Assembly: GCF_009914755.1 (NCBI RefSeq)
Contig: NC_060934.1
Source of the DNA: the human T2T-CHM13v2.0 reference genome, Homo sapiens
Direction: 5' to 3' (one strand)
Length of the DNA: 64,000 bases
The notes under the pieces were generated by a model. It saw only the letters and a program-made list of their open reading frames with translations, ran no database searches and was not told where the DNA came from. The position numbers were made by a program, and so were the translations under genes. Of this stretch, positions 29,701 to 43,700 are shown in pieces; the first letter of the stretch is position 1; each line of letters starts with the position of its first letter.

Positions 29701-32700
29701 AAAATAACCATCATCAATTGGTATTGTATGGAATTGTCATCAAATGGAATTCAAAGGAATCATCAAATGGAAAAGAATGGAATCATCATCGAATGGAAGT
29801 GAAAGGAGTCATCATCTAATGGAATCGCATGGAATCATCATCAAATGGAATCGCACGGAATCATCATCAAATGGAATCTAATGGAATCATCATCGAATGG
29901 AATCTAATGGAATCATTGAACAGAATTGAGTGGAATGTTCATCGAATGAATTGAATGCAATCATCGAATGGTCTCGAATGGAATCATCTTCAAATGGAAA
30001 GGAATGGAATCATCACATAGAATCGAATGGAATTATCATTGAATGGACTCGAATGGAATCAAAATCACACGGAATCAAATGGAATTATCGAATGCAATCG
30101 AAGAGAATCATCGAATGGCCACGAATGGAATCATCTAATGGAATGGAATGGAATAATCCAGGGACCCGAATGCAATCACCATCAAATAGAATCGAATGGA
30201 ATCATCGAATGGACTCGAATGGAATAATCATTGAACAGAATCGAATGGAACCATCGTCGAATGGAAACGAATGGAATCATCATCGAATGCAAATGAAAGG
30301 AGTCATCATCTAATGGAATCGCATGGAATCATCATCAAATGGCATCGAATGGAATCATCATCGAATGGAATCTAACGGAATCACTGAACGGAATTGAATG
30401 GAATCGTCACCGAATGAATTGAATGCAATCATCGAATGGTCTCGAATGGAATCATCTTCAAATGGAATGGAATGGAATCTTCGCATAGAATCGAATGGAA
30501 TTATCATCGAATGTACTCAAATGGAATCAACATCAAACGGAATCAAACGGAATTATCGAATGGAATCGAAGACAATCATTGAATGGACTCGAATGGAATC
30601 ATCTAATGAAATAGAATGGAATAATCCATGGACTCGAATGCAATCATCATCAAATGGAATCGAATGGAATCGTCGAATGGACTCGAATGCAATAAACATT
30701 GAACGGAATCGAATGGAATCATCATCGGAGGTAAACGAATGGAATTATCATCGAAAGGAATCGAATGGAATCATCAAATGGAATCAGATGGAATCATCAT
30801 CAAATGGAATCGAATAGAATTATGGAATGAAATCCAATGTGGTCATCATCGAATGGACTCGAACGGAATCATCACCCAATGGAAACTAATGGAATCAACA
30901 TCGAATGGAATCGAATGGAAACGCCATCGAATTGAAACGAATGGAATTATCATGAAATTGAAATGGATGGACTCATCATCGAATGGATTCGCATGGAATC
31001 ATCGAATGAAATTGATTGAAATCATCATCATATGGAATCGAATGGAATCATTGAATGGAATCGAATGGAATCATCATCAGATGGAAATGAATGGAATCAT
31101 CAGAGAATGGAATCGAATGGATTCATTGAATGGAATCTGATGGAATCATCGAATGGACTTGAGTGGAATCATTGAATGGACTCGAATGGAATCATTATTC
31201 AAAGGAATTGAATGGAATCATCGAATGGTCTCGAATGGAATCATTATCAAATGGAATCGAATGGAATCACCGAATAGAATCGAATGGAACAATCATCGAA
31301 TGGACTCAAATGGAATTATCCTCAAAAGGAATCGAATGGAATTATCGAATGCAATCGAATAGAATCATCGAATGGACTCGAATGGAATCGTCGAAAGGAA
31401 TGGAATGGAATAGTCAATGAACTCGAATGGAATCATCATTGAATGGAATCGAATGGAATCATCGAGTGGAATCGAATGGAATCATGATCAAATGGAATCG
31501 AATGTAATCATCATCAAATGGAATCAAAAATAACCTTCATCAATTGGTATTGAATAGAATTGTCATCAAATGGAATTCAAAGTAATCATCATCAAATGGA
31601 ATCGAATGGAATCATCATCAAATGGAATCTAATGGTATCATTGAACGGAATTGAATGGAATTGGCATTGAATGAATTGAATGCAATCATCGAATGGTCTC
31701 TAATGGAATCATCTTCAAATGGAAAGGAATGGAATCATCGCATAGAATCGAATGGAATTATCATTGAATGGACTAAAATGGAATCAACATCAAACGGAAT
31801 CAAACGGAATTATCGAATGGAATCAAAGAGAATCATCGAATGGCCACGAATGGAATCATCTAATGGAATGGAATGGAATAATCCATGGACCCGAGTGCAA
31901 TCATTATCGAATAGAATCGAATGGAATAATCGAATGGACTCGAATGGAATAATCATTGAAACGAATCAAATGAAATCATCGTCGAATGGAAACGAATGGA
32001 ATCATCATCGAATTTAAATGAAAGGAGTCATCATCTAATGGAATCGCATGGAATCATCATCAAATGGAATCGAATGGAATCATCATCGAATGGAATCTAA
32101 TGGAATCATTGAACGGAATTGAATCGAATCATCATTGAATGAATTGAATGCAATCATTGAATGGTCTCGAATGGAAACATCTTCAAATGGAATGGAATGG
32201 AATCATCGCATAGAATCGAATGGAATTATCATCGAATGGACTCAAATGGAATCAACATCAATTGGAATCAAACGGAATTATCGAATGGAATCGAAGAGAA
32301 TCATCGAATGACCACGAATGGAATCATCTAATGGAATGGAATGGAATAATCCATGGACCCGAATGCAATCGTCATCGAATAGAATCGAATGGAATCATCG
32401 AATGGACTCGAATGGAATAATCATTGAACGGAATCGAATGGAATCATCGTCGAATGGAAATGAAAGGAGTCATCATCTAATGGAATCGCATGGAATCATC
32501 ATCAAATGGAATCGAATGGAATCATCATCGAATGGAATCTAATGGAATCATTGAACGGAATTGAATGGAATCGTCATCGAATGTATTGAATGCAATCATC
32601 GAATGGTCTCGAATGGAATCATCTTCAAATGGAATGGAATGGAATCATCGCATAGAATCGAATGGAATTATCATCGAATGGACTCAAATGGAATCAACAT

Positions 32701-34700
32701 CAATCGGAATCCAATGGAATTATCGAATGGAATCGAAGAGAATCATCGAATGGACTCGAATGGAATCATCTAATGAAATAGAATGGAAGAATCCATGGAC
32801 TCGAATGCAATCATCATCAAATGGAATCGAATGGAATCGTCGAATGGGCTCGAATGCAATAAACATAGAACGGAATTGAATGGAATCATCATCGGAGGTA
32901 AACGAATGCAATTATCATGGAATGGAATCGAATGTTATCATCAAATGGAATCAGATCGAATCATCATCAAATGGAATCGAATAGAATTATGGAATGAAAT
33001 CAAATGTGATCATCATCGAAAGGACTCGAACGGAATCATCATTCAATGGAAACTAATGGAATCAACATCGAATGGAATCGAATGGAAACACCATCGAATT
33101 GAAACGAATGGAATTATCATGAAATTGAAATGGATGGACTCATCATGGAATGGATTCGAATGGAATCATCGAATGAAATTCATTGAAATCATCATCAAAT
33201 GGAATCGAATGGAATCATTGAATGGAATCGAATGGAATCAACATCAGATGGAAATGAATGGAATCATCAGAGAATGGAATCGAATGGATTCATTGAATGG
33301 AATCAGATGGAATCATCGAATGGACTTGAATGGAATCATTGAAAGGACTCAAATGGAATCATTATTGAATGGAATTGAATGGAATCATCGAATGGTCTCC
33401 AATGGAATCATTATCAATGGAATCGAATGGAATCACCGAATAGAATCGAATTGAACAATCATCGAATGGTCTCAAATGGAATTATCCTCAAATGGAATCG
33501 AATGGAATTATCGAATGCAATCGAATGGAATTATCGAATGCAATTGAATAGAATCAACGAATGGACTCGAATGGAATCATCGAATGGAATGGAATGGAAT
33601 AGTGAATGAACTTGAATGGAATCATCATTGAATGGAATCGAATGGAATCATCGAGTGGAATCGAATGGAATCATGATCAAATGGAATCGAATGTAATCAT
33701 CATCAAATGGAATCAAAAATAACCATCATCAATTGGTATTGTATGGAATTGTCATCAAATGGAATTCAAAGGAATCATCAAATGGAAAAGAATGGAATCA
33801 TCATCGAATGGAAGCGAAAGGAGTCATCATCTAATGGAATCGCATGGAATCATCATCAAATGGAATCGCACGGAATCATCATCAAATGGAATCTAATGGA
33901 ATCATCATCGAATGGAATCTAATGGAATCATTGAACAGAATTGAGTGGAATCTTCATCGAATGAATTGAATGCAATCATCGAATGGTCTCGAATGGAATC
34001 ATCTTCAAATGGAAAGGAATGGAATCATCGCATAGAATCGAATGGAATTATCATTGAATGGACTCGAATGGAATCAACATCAAACGGAATCAAATGGAAT
34101 TATCGAATGCAATCGAAGAGAATCATCGAATGGCCACGAATGGAATCATCTAATGGAATGGAATGGAATAATCCAGGGACCCGAATGCAATCACCATCAA
34201 ATAGAATCGAATGGAATCATCGAATGGACTCGAATGGAATAATCATTGAACGGAATCGAATGGAACCATCGTCGAATGGAAACGAATGGAATCATCATCG
34301 AATGCAAATGAAAGGAGTCATCATCTAATGGAATCGCATGGAATCATCATCAAATGGCATCGAATGGAATCATCATCGAATGGAATCTAACGGAATCACT
34401 GAACGGAATTGAATGGAATCGTCACCGAATGAATTGAATGCAATCATCGAATCGTCTCGAATGGAATCATCTTCAAATGGAATGGAATGGAATCTTCGCA
34501 TAGAATCGAATGGAATTATCATCGAATGTACTCAAATGGAATCAACATCAAACGGAATCAAACGGAATTATCGAATGGAATCGAAGAGAATCATCGAATG
34601 AACTCGAATGGAATCATGTAATGAAATAGAATGGAATAATCCATGGACTCGAATGCAATCATCATCAAATGGAATCGAATGGAATCGTCGAATGGACTCG
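26700..34700 (+). repeat. Tandem ~4.0-kb duplication (offset 4,037, then 4,015) overlapping the start of the 4.4-kb triplet; boundaries approximate
   Basis: 26702/30739 (+4037); 27640/31655, 28768/32783 and 29930/33945 (+4015). Shared rare variants ttcgcatgg, cttgagtgg, attcaaagg, gtcgaaagg. The offset shift equals a 23-bp deletion (~31345) and a 1-bp deletion (~27416). Confidence 0.88.
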
Positions 34701-37700
34701 AATGCAACAAACATTGAACGGAATCGAATGGAATCATCACCGGATGGAAACGAATGGAATCATCATCGAATGGAATCGAATGGAATCATCAAATGGAATC
34801 AGATGGAATCATCATCAAATGGAATCGAATAGAATTATGGAATGAAATCCAATGTGATCATCATCGAATTTACTCGAATGGAATCAGCATCCAATGGAAA
34901 CTAATGGAATCAACATCGAATGGAATCGAATGGAAACAATATCGAATTGAAAAGAATGGAATTATCATGAAATTGAAATGGATAGACTCATCATCGAATG
35001 GATTCGAATGGAATCATCGAATGAAATTGATTGAAATCTTCATCAAATGGAATCAAATGGAATCATTGAATGGAATCGAATGGAATCATCATCAGATGGA
35101 AATGAATGGAATCATCACAGAATGGAATCGAATGGATTCATTGAAGGGAATCAGATGGAATCATCGAATGGAGTTGAATGGAATCATTGTATGGACTCGA
35201 ATGGAATCATTATTGAATGGAATTGAACGGAATCATCGAATGGTCCCGAATGGAGACATTATCAAATGGAATCGAATGGAATCACCGAATATAATCGAAT
35301 GGAACAATCATCGAATGGACTCAAATGGAATTATCCTCAAATGGAATCGAATGGAATTATCGGATGCAATCGAATGGAATTATCGAATGCAATCGAATAG
35401 AATCATCAAATGGACTCGAATGGAATCATCGAATGGAAAGGAATGGAATAGTCAGGAACTCGAAAGGAGTCACCATTGAATGGAATCGCATGGAATCATC
35501 GAGTGGAATCGATTGTAATCATGATCAAATGGAATCGAATGGAATCATCATTGAATGGAATACAATGAAATCATCGAGTGGAATCGAATGGAATTATGAT
35601 CAAATGGAATCGAATGTAATCATCATCAAATGGAATCAAAAATATCCATCATCAATTGGTATTGAATGGAATTGTCATCAAATGGAATTCAAAGGAATTA
35701 TCGTCAAATGGAACCGAATGGAATCCTCATTGAATGGAAATGAAAGGAGTCATCATCTAATGGAATCGCATGGAATCATCATCACATGGAATCGAATGGA
35801 ATCATCATCGAATGGAATCTAATGGAATCATTGAACGGAATTAAATGGAATCGTCATCGAATGAATTGAATGCAATCATCGAATGGTGTCGAATGGAATC
35901 ATCTTCAAATGGAAAGGAATGGAATCATCGCATAGAATCGAATGGAATTGTCATTGAATGGACTCGAATGGAAACAAATGGAATTCAAAGTAATCATCAT
36001 CAAATGGAATCGAATGGAATCATCATCAAATGGAATCTAATGGTATCATTGAACGGAATTGAATGGAATTGGCATTGAATGAATTGAATGCAATCAACGA
36101 ATGGTCTCTAATGGAATCATCTTCAAATGGAAAGGAATGGAATCATCGCATAGAATCGAATGGAATTATCATTGAATGGACTAAAATGGAATCAACATCA
36201 ATCGGAATCAAACGGAATTATCGAATGGAATCAAAGAGAATCATCGAATGGCCACGAATGGAATCATCTAATGGAATGGAATGGAATAATCCATGGACCC
36301 GAGTGCAATCATTATCGAATAGAATCGAATGGAATAATCGAATGGACTCGAATGGAATAATCATTGAAACGAATCAAATGAAATCATCGTCGAATGGAAA
36401 CGAATGGAATCATCATCGAATTTAAATGAAAGGAGTCATCATCTAATGGAATCGCATGGAATCATCATCAAATGGAATCGAATGGAATCATCATCGAATG
36501 GAATCTAATGGAATCATTGAACGGAATTGAATGGAATCATCATTGAATGAATTGAATGCAATCATTGAATGGTCTCGAATGGAAACATCTTCAAATGGAA
36601 TGGAATGGAATCATCGCATAGAATCGAATGGAATTATCATCGAATGGACTCAAATGGAATCAACATCAATTGGAATCAAACGGAATTATCGAATGGAATC
36701 GAAGAGAATCATCGAATGACCACGAATGGAATCATCTAATGGAATGGAATGGAATAATCCATGGACCCGAATGCAATCGTCATCGAATAGAATCGAATGG
36801 AATCATCGAATGGACTCGAATGGAATAATCATTGAACGGAATCGAATGGAATCATCGTCGAATGGAAATGAAAGGAGTCATCATCTAATGGAATCGCATG
36901 GAATCATCATCAAATGGAATCGAATGGAATCATCATCGAATGGAATCTAATGGAATCATTGAACGGAATTGAATGGAATCGTCATCGAATGTATTGAATG
37001 CAATCATCGAATGGTCTCGAATGGAATCATCTTCAAATGGAATGGAATGGAATCATCGCATAGAATCGAATGGAATTATCATCGAATGGACTCAAATGGA
37101 ATCAACATCAATCGGAATCCAATGGAATTATCGAATGGAATCGAAGAGAATCATCGAATGGACTCGAATGGAATCATCTAATGAAATAGAATGGAAGAAT
37201 CCATGGACTCGAACGCAATCATCATCAAATGGAATCGAATGGAATCGTCGAATGGACTCGAATGCAATAAACATAGAACGGAATTGAATGGAATCATCAT
37301 CGGAGGTAAACGAATGCAATTATCATGGAATGGAATCGAATGGTATCATCAAATGGAATCAGATCGAATCATCATCAAATGGAATCGAATAGAATTATGG
37401 AATGAAATCCAATGTGATCATCATCGAAAGGACTCGAACGGAATCATCATTCAATGGAAACTAATGGAATCAACATCGAATGGAATCGAATGGAAACACC
37501 ATCGAATTGAAACGAATGGAATTATCATGAAATTGAAATGGATGGACTCATCATGGAATGGATTCGAATGGAATCATTGAACGAAATTCATTGAAATCAT
37601 CATCAAATGGAATCGAATGGAATCATTGAATGGAATCGAATGGAATCAACATCAGATGGAAATGAATGGAATCATCAGAGAATGGAATCGAATGGATTCA

Positions 37701-40700
37701 TTGAATGGAATCAGATGGAATCATCGAATGGACTTGAATGGAATCATTGAAAGGACTCAAATGGAATCATTATTGAATGGAATTGAATGGAATCATCGAA
37801 TGGTCTCCAATGGAATCATTATCAATGGAATCGAATGGAATCACCGAATAGAATCGAATTGAACAATCATCGAATGGTCTCAAATGGAATTATCCTCAAA
37901 TGGAATCGAATGGAATTATCGAATGCAATCGAATGGAATTATCGAATGCAATTGAATAGAATCAACGAATGGACTCGAATGGAATCATCGAATGGAATGG
38001 AATGGAATAGTGAATGAACTTGAATGGAATCATCATTGAATGGAATCGAATGGAATCATCGAGTGGAATCGAATGGAATCATGATCAAATGGAATCGAAT
38101 GTAATCATCATCAAATGGAATCAAAAATAACCATCATCAATTGGTATTGTATGGAATTGTCATCAAATGGAATTCAAAGGAATCATCAAATGGAAAAGAA
38201 TGGAATCATCATCGAATGGAAGCGAAAGGAGTCATCATCTAATGGAATCGCATGGAATCATCATCAAATGGAATCGCACGGAATCATCATCAAATGGAAT
38301 CTAATGGAATCATCATCGAATGGAATCTAATGGAATCATTGAACAGAATTGAGTGGAATCTTCATCGAATAAATTGAATGCAATCATCGAATGGTCTCGA
38401 ATGGAATCATCTTCAAATGGAAAGGAATGGAATCATCGCATAGAATCGAATGGAATTATCATTGAATGGACTCGAATGGAATCAACATCAAACGAATCAA
38501 ATGGAATTATCGAATGCAATCGAAGAGAATCATCGAATGGCCACGAATGGAATCATCTAATGGAATGGAATGGAATAATCCAGGGACCCGAATGCAATCA
38601 CCATCAAATAGCATCGAATGGAATCATCGAATGGACTCGAATGGAATAATCATTGAACGGAATCGAATGGAACCATCGTCGAATGGAAACGAATGGAATC
38701 ATCATCGAATGCAAATGAAAGGAGTCATCATCTAATGGAATCGCATGGAATCATCATCAAATGGCATCGAATGGAATCATCATCGAATGGAATCTAACGG
38801 AATCACTGAACGGAATTGAATGGAATCGTCACCGAATGAATTGAATGCAATCATCGAATCGTCTCGAATGGAATCATCTTCAAATGGAATGGAATGGAAT
38901 CTTCGCATAGAATCGAATGGAATTATCATCGAATGTACTCAAATGGAATCAACATCAAACGGAATCAAACGGAATTATCGAATGGAATCGAAGAGAATCA
39001 TCGAATGGACTCGAATGGAATCATGTAATGAAATAGAATGGAATAATCCATGGACTCGAATGCAATCATCATCAAATGGAATCGAATGGAATCGTCGAAT
39101 GGACTCGAATGCAACAAACATTGAACGGAATCGAATGGAATCATCACCGGATGGAAACGAATGGAATCATCATCGAATGGAATCGAATGGAATCATCAAA
39201 TGGAATCAGATGGAATCATCATCAAATGGAATCGAATAGAATTATGGAATGAAATCCAATGTGATCATCATCGAATTTACTCGAATAGAATCAGCATCCA
39301 ATGGAAACTAATGGAATCAACATCGAATGGAATCGAATGGAAACAATATCGAATTGAAAAGAATGGAATTATCATGAAATTGAAATGGATAGACTCATCA
39401 TCGAATGGATTCGAATGGAATCATCGAATGAAATTGATTGAAATCTTCATCAAATGGAATCAAATGGAATCATTGAATGGAATCGAATGGAATCATCATC
39501 AGATGGAAATGAATGGAATCATCACAGAATGGAATCGAATGGATTCATTGAAGGGAATCAGATGGAATCATCGAATGGAGTTGAATGGAATCATTGTATG
39601 GACTCGAATGGAATCATTATTGAATGGAATTGAACGGAATCATCGAATGGTCCCGAATGGAGACATTATCAAATGGAATCGAATGGAATCACCGAATAGA
39701 ATCGAATGGAACAATCATCGAATGGACTCAAATGGAATTATCCTCAAATGGAATCGAATGGAATTATCGGATGCAATCGAATGGAATTATCGAATGCAAT
39801 CGAATAGAATCATCAAATGGACTCGAATGGAATCATCGAATGGAAAGGAATGGAATAGTCAGGAACTCGAATGGAGTCACCATTGAATGGAATCGCATGG
39901 AATCATCGAGTGGAATCGATTGTAATCATGATCAAATGGAATCGAATGGAATCATCATTGAATGGAATACAATGGAATCATCGAGTGGAATCGAATGGAA
40001 TTATGATCAAATGGAATCGAATGTAATCATCATCAAATGGAATCAAAAATATCCATCATCAATTGGTATTGAATGGAATTGTCATCAAATGGAATTCAAA
40101 GGAATTATCATCAAATGGAACCGAATGGAATCCTCATTGAATGGAAATGAAAGGAGTCATCATCTAATGGAATCGCATGGAATCATCATCACATGGAATC
40201 GAATGGAATCATCATCGAATGGAATCTAATGGAATCATTGAACGGAATTGAATGGAATCGTCATCGAATGAATTGAATGCAATCATCGAATGGTGTCGAA
40301 TGGAATCATCTTCAAATGGAAAGGAATGGAATCATCGCATAGAATCGAATGGAATTGTCATTGAATGGACTCGAATGGAAACAAATGGAATTCAAAGTAA
40401 TCATCATCAAATGGAATCGAATGGAATCATCATCAAATGGAATCTAATGGTATCATTGAACGGAATTGAATGAAATTGGCATTGAATGAATTGAATGCAA
40501 TCATCGAATGGTCTCTAATGGAATCATCTTCAAATGGAAAGGAATGGAATCATCGCATAGAATCGAATGGAATTATCATTGAATGGACTAAAATGGAATC
40601 AACATCAATCGGAATCAAACGGAATTATCGAATGGAATCAAAGAGAATCATCGAATGGCCACGAATGGAATCATCTAATGGAATGGAATGGAATAATCCA

Positions 40701-43700
40701 TGGACCCGAGTGCAATCATTATCGAATAGAATCGAATGGAATAATCGAATGGACTCGAATGGAATAATCATTGAAAGGAATCAAATGAAATCATCGTCGA
40801 ATGGAAACGAATGGAATCATCATCGAATTTAAATGAAAGGAGTCATCATCTAATGGAATCGCATGGAATCATCATCAAATGGAATCGAATGGAATCATCA
40901 TCGAATGGAATCTAATGGAATCATTGAACGGAATTGAATGGAATCATCATTGAATGAATTGAATGCAATCATTGAATGGTCTCGAATGGAAACATCTTCA
41001 AATGGAATGGAATGGAATCATCGCATAGAATCGAATGGAATTATCATTGAATGGACTCAAATGGAATCAACATCAAACGGAATCAAACGGAATTATCGAA
41101 TGGAATCGAAGAGAATCATCGAATGACCACGAATGGAATCATCTAATGGAATGGAATGGAATAATCCATGGACCCGAATGCAATCGTCTTCGAATAGAAT
41201 CGAATGGAATCATCGAATGGACTCGAATGGAATCATCATTGAACGGAATCGAATGGAATCATCGTCGAATGGAAATGAAAGGAGTCATCATCTAATGGAA
41301 TCGCATGGAATCATCATCAAATGGAATCGAATGGAATCATCATCGAATGGAATCTAATGGAATCATTGAACGGAATTGAATGGAATCGTCATCGAATGTA
41401 TTGAATGCAATCATCGAATGGTCTCGAATGGAATCATCTTCAAATGGAATGGAATGGAATCATCGCATAGAATCGAATGGAATTATCATCGAATGGACTC
41501 AAATGGAATCAACATCAATCGGAATCCAATGGAATTATCGAATGGAATCGAAGAGAATCATCGAATGGACTCGAATGGAATCATCTAATGAAATAGAATG
41601 GAAGAATCCATGGACTCGAATGCAATCATCATCAAATGGAATCGAATGGAATCGTCGAATGGACTCGAATGCAATAAACATAGAACGGAATTGAATGGAA
41701 TCATCATCGGAGGTAAACGAATGCAATTATCATGGAATGGAATCGAATGTTATCATCAAATGGAATCAGATGGAATCATCATCAAATGGAATCGAATAGA
41801 ATTATGGAATGAAATCCAATGTGATCATCATCGAATGGACTCGAACGGAATCATCATTCAATGGAAACTAATGGAATCAACATCGAATGGAATCGAATGG
41901 AAACACCATCGAATTGAAACGAATGGAATTATCATGAAATTGAAATGGATGGACTCATCATGGAATGGATTCGAATGGAATCATCGAATGAAATTCATTG
42001 AAATCATCATCAAATGGAATCGAATGGAATCATTGAATGGAATCGAATGGAATCAACATCAGATGGAAATGAATGGAATCATCAGAGAATGGAATCGAAT
42101 GGATTCATTGAATGGAATCAGATGGAATCATCGAATGGACTTGAATGGAATCATTGAAAGGACTCAAATGGAATCATTATTGAATGGAATTGAATGGAAT
42201 CATCGAATGGTCTCCAATGGAATCATTATCAATGGAATCGAATGGAATCACCGAATAGAATCGAATTGAACAATCATCGCATGGTCTCAAATGGAATTAT
42301 CCTCAAATGGAATCGAATGGAATTATCGAATGCAATCGAGTGGAATTATCGAATGCAATTGAATAGAATCAACGAATGGACTCGAATGGAATCATCGAAT
42401 GGAATGGAATGGAATAGTGAATGAACTTGAATGGAATCATCATTGAATGGAATCGAATGGAATCATCGAGTGGAATCGAATGGTATCATGATCAAATGGA
42501 ATCGAATGTAATCATCATCAAATGGAATCAAAAATAACCATCATCAATTGGTATTGTATGGAATTGTCATCAAATGGAATTCAAAGGAATCATCAAATGG
42601 AAAAGAATGGAATCATCATCGAATGGAAGCGAAAGGAGTCATCATCTAATGGAATCGCATGGAATCATCATCAAATGGAATCGCACGGAATCATCATCAA
42701 ATGGAATCTAATGGAATCATCATCGAATGGAATCTAATGGAATCATTGAACAGAATTGAGTGGAATCTTCATCGAATGAATTGAATGCAATCATCGAATG
42801 GTCTCGAATGGAATCATCTTCAAATGGAAAGGAATGGAATCATCGCATAGAATCGAATGGAATTATCATTGAATGGACTCGAATGGAATCAACATCAAAC
42901 GGAATCAAATGGAATTATCGAATGCAATCGAAGAGAATCATCGAATGGCCACGAATGGAATCATCTAATGGAATGGAATGGAATAATCCAGGGACCCGAA
43001 TGCAATCACCATCAAATAGAATCGAATGGAATCATCGAATGGACTCGAATGGAATAATCATTGAACGGAATCGAATGGAACCATCGTCGAATGGAAACGA
43101 ATGGAATCATCATCGAATGCAAATGAAAGGAGTCATCATCTAATGGAATCGCATGGAATCATCATCAAATGGCATCGAATGGAATCATCATCGAATGGAA
43201 TCTAACGGAATCACTGAACAGAATTGAATGGAATCGTCACCGAATGAATTGAATGCAATCATCGAATCGTCTCGAATGGAATCATCTTCAAATGGAATGG
43301 AATGGAATCTTCGCATAGAATCGAATGGAATTATCATCGAATGTACTCAAATGGAATCAACATCAAACGGAATCAAACGGAATTATCGAATGGAATCGAA
43401 GAGAATCATCGAATGGACTCGAATGGAATCATGTAATGAAATAGAATGGAATAATCCATGGACTCGAATGCAATCATCATCAAATGGAATCGAATGGAAT
43501 CGTCGAATGGACTCGAATGCAACAAACATTGAACGGAATCGAATGGAATCATCACCGGATGGAAACGAATGGAATCATCATCGAATGGAATCGAATGGAA
43601 TCATCAAATGGAATCAGATGGAATCATCATCAAATGGAATCGAATAGAATTATGGAATGAAATCCAATGTGATCATCATCGAATTTACTCGAATAGAATC

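Larger units (their letters stand above)
1..29956 (+). repeat. 29,956-bp higher-order macro-repeat, copy 1 (phase arbitrary, set by window start)
   Basis: ORF-track landmarks recur at exactly +29,956: 71/30027/59983, 442/30398/60354, 16010/45966, 24903/54859, 28768/58724. Confidence 0.97.
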
